Of a stretch of DNA of 64,000 bases, positions 1 to 9,756 are shown in pieces (the first letter of the stretch is position 1; every line of letters starts with the position of its first letter). The stretch is from Thermoplasmata archaeon. Lineage in GTDB: Archaea > Thermoplasmatota > SW-10-69-26 > JACQPN01 > JAJPHT01. Below the pieces are notes generated by a model that was not told the origin of the DNA, did no database searches, and worked only from the letters and a program-made list of their open reading frames with translations. The stretch spans positions 24,212 through 88,211 of the forward strand of contig JAXDQU010000008.1 of the NCBI GenBank assembly GCA_034667685.1, written 5' to 3'. The position numbers and the translations under genes were made by a program.

Positions 1-78
1 CGCTGCAAGATCCATCCTGCAAATGGTCTTCTCGGCGCGCTCCATCGTGCGTCGGGCGCTCGCGCCCAGGAACATTCC

Positions 79-432
79 ATGCGAAGGACTCTCGTCGTCT
101 CCCTCTTCCTGCTTGCCGCCGCGTTCGTCGCGATCGTGCCTTCGGCGTCCGCGCTCGGATGCAGCACTGACCTTTCCGATGCCTCGTGCGCCGCAGGCTG
201 CGCCGACGCCGCCCCGACCTGTGGCCTCGTGCCCGCGTCCCCCGTGCAGATCCAGACCTGCTTCTCCCCGGCGAACGCGCTGTCGGCGCCGGTCCCCGGC
301 GGGGCGTGCGGCGGCGTGGGCGGCGGCGAGCCCGCGAGCATCATCTGGCTCGACTGCAATCACGTGGGCGGCGGCGTCTACTCGTGCTGGCTCTACACGG
401 ACTCGGGTGGCTGGACCCACTTCTGGATGTGA
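79..432 (+). CDS. small secreted cysteine-containing protein (hypothetical)
   Basis: ATG start; N-terminal signal peptide MRRTLVVSLFLLAAAFVAIVPSASA; mature part rich in Cys and Gly; protein-like composition. Confidence 0.5.
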   Translation: MRRTLVVSLFLLAAAFVAIVPSASALGCSTDLSDASCAAGCADAAPTCGLVPASPVQIQTCFSPANALSAPVPGGACGGVGGGEPASIIWLDCNHVGGGVYSCWLYTDSGGWTHFWM

Positions 433-450
433 GCCCGCCTTAGCATCGCA

Positions 451-2331
451 TCAGTCGCGCGCCCGCTCGTCGTCGAACCCGAGGCGCTTGCGCGCGGCCT
501 GCCAGCGCTCCTTGAACGTGCGCGGGGCGAGGAATCCGTCGGCGCGCTCTTCCTCCGCGAGGAGGCGGCGCTCGACGCCCACGAGGTCGGTGCGCGTGAG
601 GATGCCCACGAGCCTGCGGCGGTCCTTGGCGTCCACCACGGGGAGGTGGCCCACGTCGAGGTGCACCATCTCGGTGAGGGCCTCGTGGGCGCTCGCTTCG
701 CGCGTGACGATGCTCGGGTCGGGCGTCATGAACTCGCGGACGGGCTTGTCGAGGTCGTCGTCCTTGACCTTCCTGCGCATGTCCGTGCTCGTCATGATGC
801 CCACGAGCCTGCTCTCGGCGTCGACGACGGGATAGCCCTGGTGGCCGGTGGCGAAGCGCTTCTCGACGAGCGCGCGCACGGGCGCGTCCTCGCGCACGGT
901 CTCCACGGGCGCGGACATGATCTCGCCCACGGTGACGAGGTCGAGGATGTTGGCGCTCGCGTCGGCCTCCAGGCTGCGCTCGCCGGCGTGCCCGCCGCGG
1001 AAGTAGGCGGGGGAGCCGTAGGCCTTGGCGAGGGCGTCGGCGACGACGATCGCGATCATGAGCGGGATGACGATGCTGAAGCTGTGCGTCATCTCGTAGA
1101 GCATGACGAGCGCGGTGAGGCTCGCGCGCGTGACGGCGGCGTAGACGGCCGCCATGCCCACGAGCGCGTAGGCGCCCGCGGTGCCCGTCCAGGTGGGGAA
1201 GGCGATGTGGACGAGCGCGCCGAAGATCCCGCCCAGCGCGCTGCCCAGGAAGAAGCTCGGGCTGAAGGCGCCGCTGGAGCCCGACGAGCCGCGCGTGATG
1301 GCGTAGGCGACGAGCTTGGCGAGGACGACGCCCGCGAGGAGCGTGACGACGAAGTTGCCTTGCAGCACCTCCTCGACGGTCTCGTAGCCCACGCCGAAGA
1401 CCTGCGGCGCCAGGAAGCCCACGAGGCCGATGAGCAGGCCGCCCCAGACGTGCGCGAGCCACTCGGGGCCCGGCAGGCTGGCGAAGAGCACGTCGGAGGC
1501 CGCGAGCAGGCGTGATAGCAGGATGGCGAGCAGGCCGCAGAGGATGCCCAGCAGCACGTAGAGGAACAGCTCGCGGCCGCTGACCAGCTCGTAGGCGGGG
1601 ATGGGGAACGCGGGCTGGTCGCCCAGGAAGTGCGTCGCGACGAGCGTGCCCATCGCGCTCGCCACGGTGAGCGGGATGAAGGCGCGCGTGCTCCACTCCA
1701 GGAGGATGACCTCCATGGCGAAGATGACGCCGGCGATGGGCGTGTTGAACGTCGCGCCGATGGCCGCCCCGCCGCCAGCGGCGAGCAGGAGCTTGCGGTG
1801 CCGCGCGCTGGCGCCCACGGCCAGGCTCGCGACCATCGCCAGCGCGGCGCCAAGCTGCACCATCGCCCCTTCGCGCCCCGCGCTGCCGCCCGTGCCCACC
1901 GAGAGGATCGTGCCCGTCGCGTGCCCGACGACCTTGCGCGGAGAGACCTCGCCGCGCTGCATCGCGACGCTGCGCACCACCTCGCTGCTGCCGCGGATGC
2001 GGTGGTCCTGCGAAAGGAATCGGACGACGACGTACGCCAACAGCGCGCCCACGGCGGGCACGAAGACGATCCAGAGGCCCAGCGCGTTGTCCACCGGGCT
2101 GCGGAACGTCAGGTCGACCTCGTCGCGGAACGCCACGTTCGTCACGAAGGCGATCGCGAGGCGCACGCCCACCGCGATCAGGCCCGTGCACGCGCCGATC
2201 AGCGCCGCCAGGAGGCTCGTCTCGGCCAGGTCGCGCAGGTACGCGGTGCCCGTCAAGGGACCCCGCGTCGTGCGCGCCACGCCGGCCATCACGCGGGCAT
2301 TGCGGGGGGCCGGCATGAAGGGCGCTCCCAC
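451..2331 (-). CDS. ClC-family voltage-gated chloride channel with C-terminal CBS domain pair
   Basis: about 10 TM helices; GSGAFSPS / GxFxP-type ClC selectivity-filter motifs; C-terminal tandem CBS domains. Confidence 0.85.
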   Translation of the reverse strand: MGAPFMPAPRNARVMAGVARTTRGPLTGTAYLRDLAETSLLAALIGACTGLIAVGVRLAIAFVTNVAFRDEVDLTFRSPVDNALGLWIVFVPAVGALLAYVVVRFLSQDHRIRGSSEVVRSVAMQRGEVSPRKVVGHATGTILSVGTGGSAGREGAMVQLGAALAMVASLAVGASARHRKLLLAAGGGAAIGATFNTPIAGVIFAMEVILLEWSTRAFIPLTVASAMGTLVATHFLGDQPAFPIPAYELVSGRELFLYVLLGILCGLLAILLSRLLAASDVLFASLPGPEWLAHVWGGLLIGLVGFLAPQVFGVGYETVEEVLQGNFVVTLLAGVVLAKLVAYAITRGSSGSSGAFSPSFFLGSALGGIFGALVHIAFPTWTGTAGAYALVGMAAVYAAVTRASLTALVMLYEMTHSFSIVIPLMIAIVVADALAKAYGSPAYFRGGHAGERSLEADASANILDLVTVGEIMSAPVETVREDAPVRALVEKRFATGHQGYPVVDAESRLVGIMTSTDMRRKVKDDDLDKPVREFMTPDPSIVTREASAHEALTEMVHLDVGHLPVVDAKDRRRLVGILTRTDLVGVERRLLAEEERADGFLAPRTFKERWQAARKRLGFDDERARD

Positions 2332-2335
2332 GCGC

Positions 2336-2400
2336 CGGGGCTCGGGGCTCTGGACTCGGGGCTCCGGAGCCCCGAGTCCTGAGTCCAGAGCCCCGAGCCC
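2336..2400. repeat. intergenic palindromic repeat, family A copy 1 (REP/MITE-like)
   Basis: near-perfect inverted repeat GGGGCTCTGGACTCGGGGCTCCGG/CCGGAGCCCCGAGTCC..AGAGCCCC centred on CCGG; four other copies in the window. Confidence 0.8.
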
Positions 2401-2420
2401 AAGCGCCCGGCGATGCCTTC

Positions 2421-2927
2421 ATGATGCAATCCCCGTCTCGCCGCGCCATGCAGAGCCCCGGCCACAGCAGCGAGTTCGAGACGGTGGACCCCGCGCCCCT
2501 GGCGCCCGAGACCACCGTGCCGGAGCTGGAGGCGCGGCTCTTCGACACCAGGCTCAGCATGTTCCAGCGCTATCGCGCGCTCTTCTCGCTGCGGCACGTG
2601 GGGACCGAGGACGCGATCCGCGTGATCGCCCGGGCGATGTTCGAGGACGAGAGCGCGCTGGTGCGCCACGAGGCGGCCTACGTGCTCGGGCAGCTCCAGG
2701 GCGCGAAGGCGATCCCGTTCCTCGCGCGCCAGCTGGAGGAGGACCCCTCGCCGATGGTGCGCCACGAGGCGGCCGAGGCGCTGGGCAACATGTGGGACCA
2801 GACGGAGAAGGTCATCCCGATCCTGGAGAAGGCGCGCCAGCACGACCCGGCGCGCGAGGTGCGCGAGAGCTGCGAGGTGGCGCTCGACAACATCGCGTAC
2901 CTGAAGGACCCGACCCAGTTCGACTGA
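2421..2927 (+). CDS. HEAT-repeat protein, half-size deoxyhypusine hydroxylase (DOHH)-like
   Basis: two His-Glu iron-ligand motifs in HEAT repeats (VRHEAAYVLGQL, VRHEAAEALGNM); strong similarity to the N-terminal half of eukaryotic DOHH (RYRALFSLR..AI, AIPFL, EVRESCEVAL). Confidence 0.75.
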   Translation: MMQSPSRRAMQSPGHSSEFETVDPAPLAPETTVPELEARLFDTRLSMFQRYRALFSLRHVGTEDAIRVIARAMFEDESALVRHEAAYVLGQLQGAKAIPFLARQLEEDPSPMVRHEAAEALGNMWDQTEKVIPILEKARQHDPAREVRESCEVALDNIAYLKDPTQFD

Positions 2928-2975
2928 TACTCTCTAACGAGAAACGAAAAGCGGCGCGCGCCCGTCGAAGCGCGC

Positions 2976-3443
2976 ATGATGGGACGCCCCCTCCTCGTCA
3001 TGCTGGCGCTCGCCGCGCTCCCCCTCGCCACGGCCGCGCCGCCCGAGGTGTACGCCGGCGAGGGGCCGCTCCACGGCAAGGCGTACTTCGACCCGCAGCT
3101 CACGTACGACGTCGCCTACACAGAGCCGGGCTCGACGGGCTGCGTCGCCCCGGTCTACCTCCAGTGCATCGTGGAGGGGCAGGTCACCGACATCAAGTGG
3201 ATCCGCATCGACATCGAGGGCAAGGGGAGCGCGGACTTCTTCGCCGACGCCGGCGCCAACACGCCCACCCTCGCCTACGGCTCGTGCGCCTCCACGCTGA
3301 CCTACGCGATGTGCATCTTCCCGCTCCGGCACGAGACGTGGGGCAATCTCCGCATGGTCGTCGACTCCACCAACGGCCAGGCGGGCACCGTCATCTCCGT
3401 CTACGCGGAGTCGGGCGCGACGCTCTTCGGGCAGATGCTGTAG
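2976..3443 (+). CDS. secreted hypothetical protein
   Basis: signal peptide MMGRPLLVMLALAALPLATAAP; protein-like composition. Confidence 0.6.
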   Translation: MMGRPLLVMLALAALPLATAAPPEVYAGEGPLHGKAYFDPQLTYDVAYTEPGSTGCVAPVYLQCIVEGQVTDIKWIRIDIEGKGSADFFADAGANTPTLAYGSCASTLTYAMCIFPLRHETWGNLRMVVDSTNGQAGTVISVYAESGATLFGQML

Positions 3444-3604
3444 GGTCACGCGAGGGAGCCGCAGTCCGAGCAGACCAGGCCGCGGCATTGGCCCATCTCG
3501 CAATCGGCGGGCAGGATCGGCGCACGACAGCAGCGCGAAAGCATCGGACGAAGGAAGCTGCCGCGCCATCTTGGGCGCGAACGGGGGGCCCCGCCGAATC
3601 TACC

Positions 3605-4576
3605 TCAGAACCCGCGCGTCCGGGCCCAGCCGTTGAGCGCCAGGAGCGTGCGCTTGGCGTCGGTCTCCGGCAGGGGCGCGAGCGCGTCGGCGGCGGCCTT
3701 GGCGTGCTCGTCGCGCAGCGCCTCGGCGGCGGCGAGCGCCCCGCACGCGCGCATGGCGTCCACCGCGGCGCGGACCTGCGCGTCGGTCGCGTCGTGCCGG
3801 CCCAGCGCGGCGCGGATCGTCTCGCGCTGACGTCCGTCGGCGCGGGCCAGCGCCTCCAGCACGAGGATGGTGCGCTTGCCGGCGCGCACGTCGCTGCCCC
3901 ACGGCTTGCCCATCTTCTCGCTGGGCGCCGTGACGTCGAGCAGGTCGTCGGCGATCTGGAACGCCATGCCGAACGCCTCGCCGAAGCGGTCCAGCGATTC
4001 GATGTGGGGCCGGCTTGCCCGGCGGTGCGCGAGCGCACCGCCGTGGCAAGCCGCCGCAAACAAGATGGCAGTCTTGCCGCGGATCATGTCGAGGTACGCC
4101 GCGACGGTGACGTCGTTCTCCCTCTCGAACGCGACGTCCATCGCCTGCCCCTCGCAGAGCCGGCGGATCGCGGTGGAGAGCAGGCGGCTCGCCTCCTGGT
4201 GCGCGGCCGGGTCGGGGATGCGCGCGAGCACCTCGAAGGCGCGCGCGAAGAGCACGTCGCCCGCGAGGATCGCCGTCGCCTCGTCCCACTTCGTGTGCAC
4301 CGTCTGGCGGCCGCGTCGCGTCGCGTCGCGGTCCATGATATCATCGTGCACGAGGCTGAAGTTGTGCACCAGCTCGACGGCCAGCGCGACGGGGAGCGCG
4401 TCGTCCGCGCTGCCCCCCGCGGCCTCGCACGCCAGGAGCGCCATGATCGGGCGCAGGCGCTTGCCGCCGGCCTCGGGGTACCACATGGTCGCGTCGTGCA
4501 GCGCCTGCGGCCGGATGCCGTCGAAGCACGATGGCAGGGCCTGGTCCACGACCTTCCGATGGCTTTCCAGATTCAA
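3605..4576 (-). CDS. idsA: geranylgeranyl diphosphate synthase (polyprenyl synthetase)
   Basis: two aspartate-rich motifs LVHDDIMD and QIADDLLD; GGKRLRP motif. Confidence 0.85.
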   Translation of the reverse strand: MNLESHRKVVDQALPSCFDGIRPQALHDATMWYPEAGGKRLRPIMALLACEAAGGSADDALPVALAVELVHNFSLVHDDIMDRDATRRGRQTVHTKWDEATAILAGDVLFARAFEVLARIPDPAAHQEASRLLSTAIRRLCEGQAMDVAFERENDVTVAAYLDMIRGKTAILFAAACHGGALAHRRASRPHIESLDRFGEAFGMAFQIADDLLDVTAPSEKMGKPWGSDVRAGKRTILVLEALARADGRQRETIRAALGRHDATDAQVRAAVDAMRACGALAAAEALRDEHAKAAADALAPLPETDAKRTLLALNGWARTRGF

Positions 4577-5937
4577 GGCTTCCCACCGAGCTTGTGCTTC
4601 TGGCCGTTGCGCAGGATGTGCACGCTCTCGTTGAGGCGATAGCCTTCGCCGGTGGCAAGCTCCACGAACTCGCTCTGGAGGTCGATGCCGCCGTGGTTGG
4701 GGAAGAGGTGCGTGGGCTGCACGAGGCGCAGGAGCTCCTGGTGGTCGACCTTGCTCGCGTGGCCCGAGACGTGCGCGCCCTTGATGATCCGCGCGCCGCG
4801 CATCTTCAGCTTGGTCTCCAGCACGTAGCGGTTGGCGACGTTCTGCGGGTGCGGGATCGTGTTCGCGCTGAAGATGACCTCGTCGTTCTTCTCGACCTTG
4901 TAGTCGAACTCGCCCGAGGCCAGGCGCGGCAGGAAGCTGTCGGGCTCGCCCTGGTGGCCCGTGCCGATGAGCAGGAACTGGTCGCGGTCCTTGGCGACGC
5001 GCTTCAACGCCTGCGCCGTGGCGCGCGAGTGGCCCGCGATCTCCGTGGTGGCCGGAAGCTGGATGAGGCCCAGGTCGCGCGCGAGGCTCGTGTACTTGTC
5101 CATGCTGCGGCCCAGCAGGAGCGGCGTGCGGCCCAGCTCGTCGGCGAACTCGCAGATGCTCTGGAGGCGCGCGATGTGGCTGCTGAACGTGGTGACCACG
5201 ATGCCGGCGCCCTCGTTCTCGACGCCGAAGAGGAAGTCGGCGAGCATGTCGCGCGCCACCGTCTCGCTGGGCGTCTTGGTCTCCTTGCCCGCGTTGGTGC
5301 TCTCGATGACCATCGCCGCGACGCCCTCGTTGGCGAGGCTGCGGAAGCGCTTGTAATCGGGCTTCTTGCCGATCACGGGCGCGTTGTCGAGCTTGTAGTC
5401 GGCCGCGTAGACGATCGCGCCCGCGTCCGTGTGCAGCACGGGGATGGCGCTCTGGACGATGCTGTGCGTGACGTGCACCAGCTCCAGCCCGATCGACTTG
5501 GAGATGGGCAGACGCTCGCCGGTGGGAAGCTCCACGAGCTTGTTGGGGATGAGGCGGCGCTTCTTGCCGCCCTTCTCGAAGTGCGTCGTCTGGTTCTCGA
5601 TGAAGCGGATCGTGTAGGGCGTGCCGTAGATGGGCGCGTCGGGGAAGTGCCCCGCGAGCTTGGGCACGGCGCCCACGTGGTCGAGGTGCGCGTGGCCGAT
5701 GACGATGGCGACGACCTTGGCGCCGAGGTCCTTGAGCACCGAGTCGTCGGGGATGGCGCCCAGGCGCTGGAGGTCGACGGGGTGCATCTCATCGAACACG
5801 TTCTCCTCGTCGAGAAGGATCCGGTCGAGCCGGATGCCCATGTCGAGGATGACCGCTTCCCGTCCGATCCGGATGCAGGTCATGTTGCGCCCGAAGTCGC
5901 TGTATCCGCCCACGGGGCGGATCTCGATGTCTGCCAT
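4573..5937 (-). CDS. rnj: RNase J-type metallo-beta-lactamase ribonuclease
   Basis: HxHxDH motif (GHAHLDH); beta-CASP-like region; archaeal RNase J-like N-terminus MADIEIRPVGG. An upstream ATG at 5997 is possible but leaves no room for a promoter. Confidence 0.8.
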   Translation of the reverse strand: MADIEIRPVGGYSDFGRNMTCIRIGREAVILDMGIRLDRILLDEENVFDEMHPVDLQRLGAIPDDSVLKDLGAKVVAIVIGHAHLDHVGAVPKLAGHFPDAPIYGTPYTIRFIENQTTHFEKGGKKRRLIPNKLVELPTGERLPISKSIGLELVHVTHSIVQSAIPVLHTDAGAIVYAADYKLDNAPVIGKKPDYKRFRSLANEGVAAMVIESTNAGKETKTPSETVARDMLADFLFGVENEGAGIVVTTFSSHIARLQSICEFADELGRTPLLLGRSMDKYTSLARDLGLIQLPATTEIAGHSRATAQALKRVAKDRDQFLLIGTGHQGEPDSFLPRLASGEFDYKVEKNDEVIFSANTIPHPQNVANRYVLETKLKMRGARIIKGAHVSGHASKVDHQELLRLVQPTHLFPNHGGIDLQSEFVELATGEGYRLNESVHILRNGQKHKLGGKP

Positions 5938-5999
5938 GCTGGTCGCGGCAAGCCGGCCCTCGCGTTTGAGCGTGTCGGACAAAGCGGAGGCATTCATGT

Positions 6000-6791
6000 A
6001 TGGTGGCGCCAGATGCGGGCCCCGTGGCGTTCATCGTCCGGCTCGCCGTCCAAGGCGTCCTGGCCCTTGTGACGGGCCTGCTCTACGCCTACGTCGCGCG
6101 CCTGGTGTTGAGCCGCTCCGTCTCGCCCGAGGCGCAGCGCGCGAACCACGCCTTCGCATTCTGGTGGGCCGCCTTCGGGGCGGTCGAGTTCCTCGCGGGC
6201 GCCTACAACATCCCCTCCGCGTTCGGCTACCGCGACCTGGCGATGGTCACCACCGTCATCAACGTCCTGCTCTTCCTCATCGCCGCCGCCATCGGCGGGC
6301 TCGTCTACTACCTCGTGTACCTCTACACGGGCAATCCCCGCTGGTTCTGGCCCATCGTCACGTTCTACCTCGCGCTCGGCCTCGCCATGCTCTACCTGAT
6401 CGCGTGGCTCGATCCCATCGGCTACGACGAGAGCTCCTCCACGCTCCAGCTCACGTACCGGAACCAGCTGGGCGCCACGCCCTCCATCGCCCTGGGCCTC
6501 GTGCTGGCGCTTCCGGTCGTCCTCGCCGCGCTGGGCTACGGCTCGCTCTACTTCCGCGCGCGCGACCCGCCCCAGCGCTTCCGCGTCGGCCTCGTCGCGG
6601 GCTCCTTCCTGGGGTGGTTCGGCTGGTCGAGCGTGAGCACGGTCCTCCAGCTCCAGCAGCGCTTCCCCGACTCGGTGGGGCTCGCCACCCTCAACGCGGT
6701 CATCGCCATCGCCGCGCCGCTGCTCGTCATCCTGGCCTTCCGTCCCCCGCGCTGGATCCGCGCGCGCTGGAACGGGGGCATGGCGGCCTAG
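6000..6791 (+). CDS. integral membrane protein (hypothetical, about 7 TM)
   Basis: multiple hydrophobic helices; protein-like composition; divergent from rnj. Confidence 0.6.
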   Translation: MVAPDAGPVAFIVRLAVQGVLALVTGLLYAYVARLVLSRSVSPEAQRANHAFAFWWAAFGAVEFLAGAYNIPSAFGYRDLAMVTTVINVLLFLIAAAIGGLVYYLVYLYTGNPRWFWPIVTFYLALGLAMLYLIAWLDPIGYDESSSTLQLTYRNQLGATPSIALGLVLALPVVLAALGYGSLYFRARDPPQRFRVGLVAGSFLGWFGWSSVSTVLQLQQRFPDSVGLATLNAVIAIAAPLLVILAFRPPRWIRARWNGGMAA

Positions 6792-7408
6792 CGCGGCGCG
6801 AAGCGCAGGAGCACGCCACTCCCGAGCGGCGTGGATTCGACGAGCTTCATGCGCAGCACATGCGCTGCGTCGACGGCGCCGGGCCCCTCCACGAGGCTGG
6901 GCGCGCCGCCGCCCACGACCAGGGGCGCCACGAAGATCGACAGCTCGTCGACGAGGCTCGCGCGCAGGAACGCGCCGATGATGGTGGCGCCCCCTTCGAC
7001 CATGACGCTCTGCACGCCGCGCGCCGCCAACTCGCGCAGCGCCAGGCGCAGGTCGACGCGCCCCTCGCCGGCCTCGACGCACTCCGCGTTGGGCATGCGG
7101 CGCTGGTTCCCCTTCGCCACGAAGACGAGGGTCCGCGCCTGGCCGTTGAGCACGCGCGCGTTGGGCGGCGTCTGCCCCTTGCTGTCGAGCACGACGCGCA
7201 TCGGCTGCTTCGCGGCGCCGGGCGCTTTCGTCAGCAGGCTCGGGTCGTCGGCGAGCACGGTGCCGATGCCCACGAGGATGGCGTCGCTGCGCGCCCGGAG
7301 GTCGTGCACGCGGCGCAGGTCCGCCTCGTCGGAGATCGCGAGCGGATTGCCGCCGCGCAGGGCGATCTTGCCGTCCGCGCTCATGGCCGCGTTCACGACG
7401 ACGCGCAT
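6788..7408 (-). CDS. riboflavin-pathway pyrimidine reductase (RibD C-terminal domain / ArfC-like)
   Basis: MRVVVNAAMSADGKIA start; GxGTV and VEGG motifs typical of the RibD reductase domain. Confidence 0.75.
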   Translation of the reverse strand: MRVVVNAAMSADGKIALRGGNPLAISDEADLRRVHDLRARSDAILVGIGTVLADDPSLLTKAPGAAKQPMRVVLDSKGQTPPNARVLNGQARTLVFVAKGNQRRMPNAECVEAGEGRVDLRLALRELAARGVQSVMVEGGATIIGAFLRASLVDELSIFVAPLVVGGGAPSLVEGPGAVDAAHVLRMKLVESTPLGSGVLLRFAPR

Positions 7409-7478
7409 ACGACCTCAGACCCCGGTGGCGGTATATGGAGGAAGCGGAAAAATCAGGCCGTGACCGGCCCGGTCCCTG

Positions 7479-7574
7479 CGCTTCGCATCGCCGCCAACAC
7501 GCGAGCACGCCATCACGCCAGCCCGACCGCGCTCGTGTGTTGGCGTGTCCGCGTGTTGGCGGCGATGCGAAGCG
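7479..7574. repeat. intergenic palindromic repeat, family B copy 1
   Basis: about 40-bp arms CGCTTCGCATCGCCGCCAACACGCGAGCACGCCA with a near-perfect reverse complement; related copy at 51772-51852. Confidence 0.7.
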
Positions 7575-7584
7575 ACGGCCAGCG

Positions 7585-8853
7585 TCATGGACGCCCCAGC
7601 ATCGCGCGCAGCGAGCCGGTGAGTTCGGGCCGCGCGAAACGATAGCCCGCGGCGAGGAGCTTCGTGGGCCTGGCGCGGCAGCTCGCCAGGAGCAGCTCGT
7701 CCGCCATCTCGCCCAGGCCCAGGCGCAGGGCGAAGGCGGGCTCCGGCAGGATCGCGGGCCGGCGCAGCGCGCGGGCCAGCGCGCGCGTGAAGTCCGCGTT
7801 GCGCACGGGGTGGGGCGCGACGACGAGGACGGGGCCCTCCAGCGCGGGCTCGCGCAGCGCGAAGGCGAGCGCGCCCACCACGTCCTCCAGGTCGACCCAG
7901 CTCCACCACGCGCGGCCCGACGCGATGCGCCCGCCCGCGCCCAGGCGGAAGGGCAGGAGGAGCTGCTTGAGCGCGCCGCCGCGCGGTGATAGCACGATGC
8001 CGAAGCGCGCCTGGACGACGCGCACGCCCATCCCCTCGGCGCGGCCGGCCTCGCGCTCCCACGCCTCGACGACGTCGGCCAGGAAGCCCGCGCCGCGCGG
8101 CGAGGTCTCATCGACCTCGGCTTCGCCCCGGTCGCCGTAGAAGCCGATGGCCGAGGCCGTGACGAGCGCGCGGACGCCGCTCCCCGCGAGGGCGTCGACG
8201 AGCGCGCGCGTGGGCTCGACGCGCGAGGCCAGGATCTCGCGCTTGCGCGCCTTCGTCCAGCGCTTCGAGATGCTCTCGCCCGCCAGGTGCACCACCGCGT
8301 CGAGCCCCGCGAGGTCCGACGCGCCCACGCGCCGCGGCAGCCGCACGACGCGGTGGCCCTGCCCGAGCAGGTGCGCGCGGAGCGCCGCGCCGATCATGCC
8401 GTGCGAGCCGGTGATGCCGATCGCCTGGGGCGCCACGCGCACGCCGGCCTCGCGCGCCGTCTTCTCGTGGCGCCAGCGGAACATGCGGTCGAGCCGGCGC
8501 CGGACGAGCGAGGGCGGGAGGAGCGACGACCACGCGATGCGGTCCTCCAGCCAGGTGCCGCCCGCGCCGTCGCTTCGGAACGTGTGCTCGTGGCGCCAGC
8601 GCCGGAACGGGCCGCGCGCCTGCTCGTCCACGAAGCCGTCGGGAATCGGCTCGTGCCGCGCGACCCACCGGAATCGGAGCGGGCCCGCGTGGACGCGGAA
8701 CGCCGCCTCGCCCGCGAGGCCCGCCGCCTCCCGCTCCACGTCCACGCGCTCCCAGGGCGGCGTCAGGCGCTCCAGCGCGCCGGGGCGCTCGTGCCACGCG
8801 CGGACGGCCTCGGGCGACGCGTCGAGGCGCGAGCGCAGGGTGAAGACGGGCAT
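7585..8853 (-). CDS. SRPBCC (START/polyketide-cyclase-like) domain fused to YfcH-type NAD-dependent epimerase (DUF1731)
   Basis: N-terminal SRPBCC fold, then Rossmann GITGSHGMIG and a C-terminal DUF1731-like region. Confidence 0.75.
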   Translation of the reverse strand: MPVFTLRSRLDASPEAVRAWHERPGALERLTPPWERVDVEREAAGLAGEAAFRVHAGPLRFRWVARHEPIPDGFVDEQARGPFRRWRHEHTFRSDGAGGTWLEDRIAWSSLLPPSLVRRRLDRMFRWRHEKTAREAGVRVAPQAIGITGSHGMIGAALRAHLLGQGHRVVRLPRRVGASDLAGLDAVVHLAGESISKRWTKARKREILASRVEPTRALVDALAGSGVRALVTASAIGFYGDRGEAEVDETSPRGAGFLADVVEAWEREAGRAEGMGVRVVQARFGIVLSPRGGALKQLLLPFRLGAGGRIASGRAWWSWVDLEDVVGALAFALREPALEGPVLVVAPHPVRNADFTRALARALRRPAILPEPAFALRLGLGEMADELLLASCRARPTKLLAAGYRFARPELTGSLRAMLGRP

Positions 8854-9002
8854 GCGGCCGGATATGCTGGGGGCAGAAAGAATCAGCCGCCTCGGAGCGT
8901 TCGGCGCGCATGCGGCTCGTCAAGGTCGTCGCGTCGTGGAACCCCGGCGAGGGGGGCCATTGGCCCGTCAGCCTCACGTGGCACCTCGACCCTTGGGGGC
9001 GC

Positions 9003-9746
9003 GTGCGGCGCCTCGCCCTGGCCCTTGCCCTCGCTTTCCTTGCCGGCTGCGCCTCGGCGCCCGCGCCCGCCGCGAGGACGTGCGCGCCCGCCTCCACCGA
9101 GCGCGGCGGCGGGCAGGGCGTCTGCGCGATCACCACCGACGGCTGGATCCTCCAGGGCGCCGCGTGGAACCCCGACAACCCGAGCGCGCCCAGCGTGATG
9201 CTCGTCCACGGCCTCAACGAGGACCGGCACAGCTACGACGCGCTCGCCCACGCGCTCGCCGCGAAAGGATATCGCGTGCTCGCGTTCGACTCGCGCGGCA
9301 TGGGGCTCTCGACGAATCTCACCGACGGCTCCACGCGCACGCTGGCCTCCTTCAACCAGCAGGACGTCCTGGCGATGCCGCACGACATGGCGACGATGGG
9401 CGCCTCGTTCCAACCCACCGCCATCGTGGGCGCGAGCGTCGGCGCCAACGAGGCCATCGCATACGCCGCGCTCTCGCCGGGCGTCCGCACCGTCGTCCTC
9501 CTCTCGGCGGGCGAGAGCTACCAGGGCCTCGACGCGACCGCGCCCGCCGCGAAGTACGGCGGCTCCATCCTGTTCGTCGCCTCGCAGGGCGACACGTACG
9601 CCGCCGGCAGCGCGCAGGACCTCGCCTCGCGGCACCACGGCGAGCACCAGGTGGACGTCGTGGGCGGCAGCGCGCACGGGACGAACCTTCTCGCCGACCC
9701 CACGATCCAGGGCGCCGTGGTGGCGTGGCTGGGCCAGCACCGGTGA
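9003..9746 (+). CDS. alpha/beta-hydrolase lipoprotein
   Basis: GTG start gives lipoprotein signal VRRLALALALAFLAGC; GxSxG-like GASVG nucleophile elbow; alternative upstream ATG at 8910. Confidence 0.65.
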   Translation: MRRLALALALAFLAGCASAPAPAARTCAPASTERGGGQGVCAITTDGWILQGAAWNPDNPSAPSVMLVHGLNEDRHSYDALAHALAAKGYRVLAFDSRGMGLSTNLTDGSTRTLASFNQQDVLAMPHDMATMGASFQPTAIVGASVGANEAIAYAALSPGVRTVVLLSAGESYQGLDATAPAAKYGGSILFVASQGDTYAAGSAQDLASRHHGEHQVDVVGGSAHGTNLLADPTIQGAVVAWLGQHR

Positions 9747-9756
9747 TATCACGAAG

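Noticed and set aside
440-2560. 706-aa minus-strand ORF overlapping the ClC gene, and many similar long ORFs (1601-4642, 5994-8111, 18661-20502, 19262-21298, 25527-28532, 28598-31855, 39465-40544, 42891-44450, 48546-50915, 51815-54703 N-terminal part, 53327-55594 upstream part)
   Set aside because: Arg/Ala/Gly/Pro-dominated low-complexity translations typical of out-of-frame or antisense reading of 70% GC DNA. Each overlaps a gene with clear family motifs, so they are treated as spurious.
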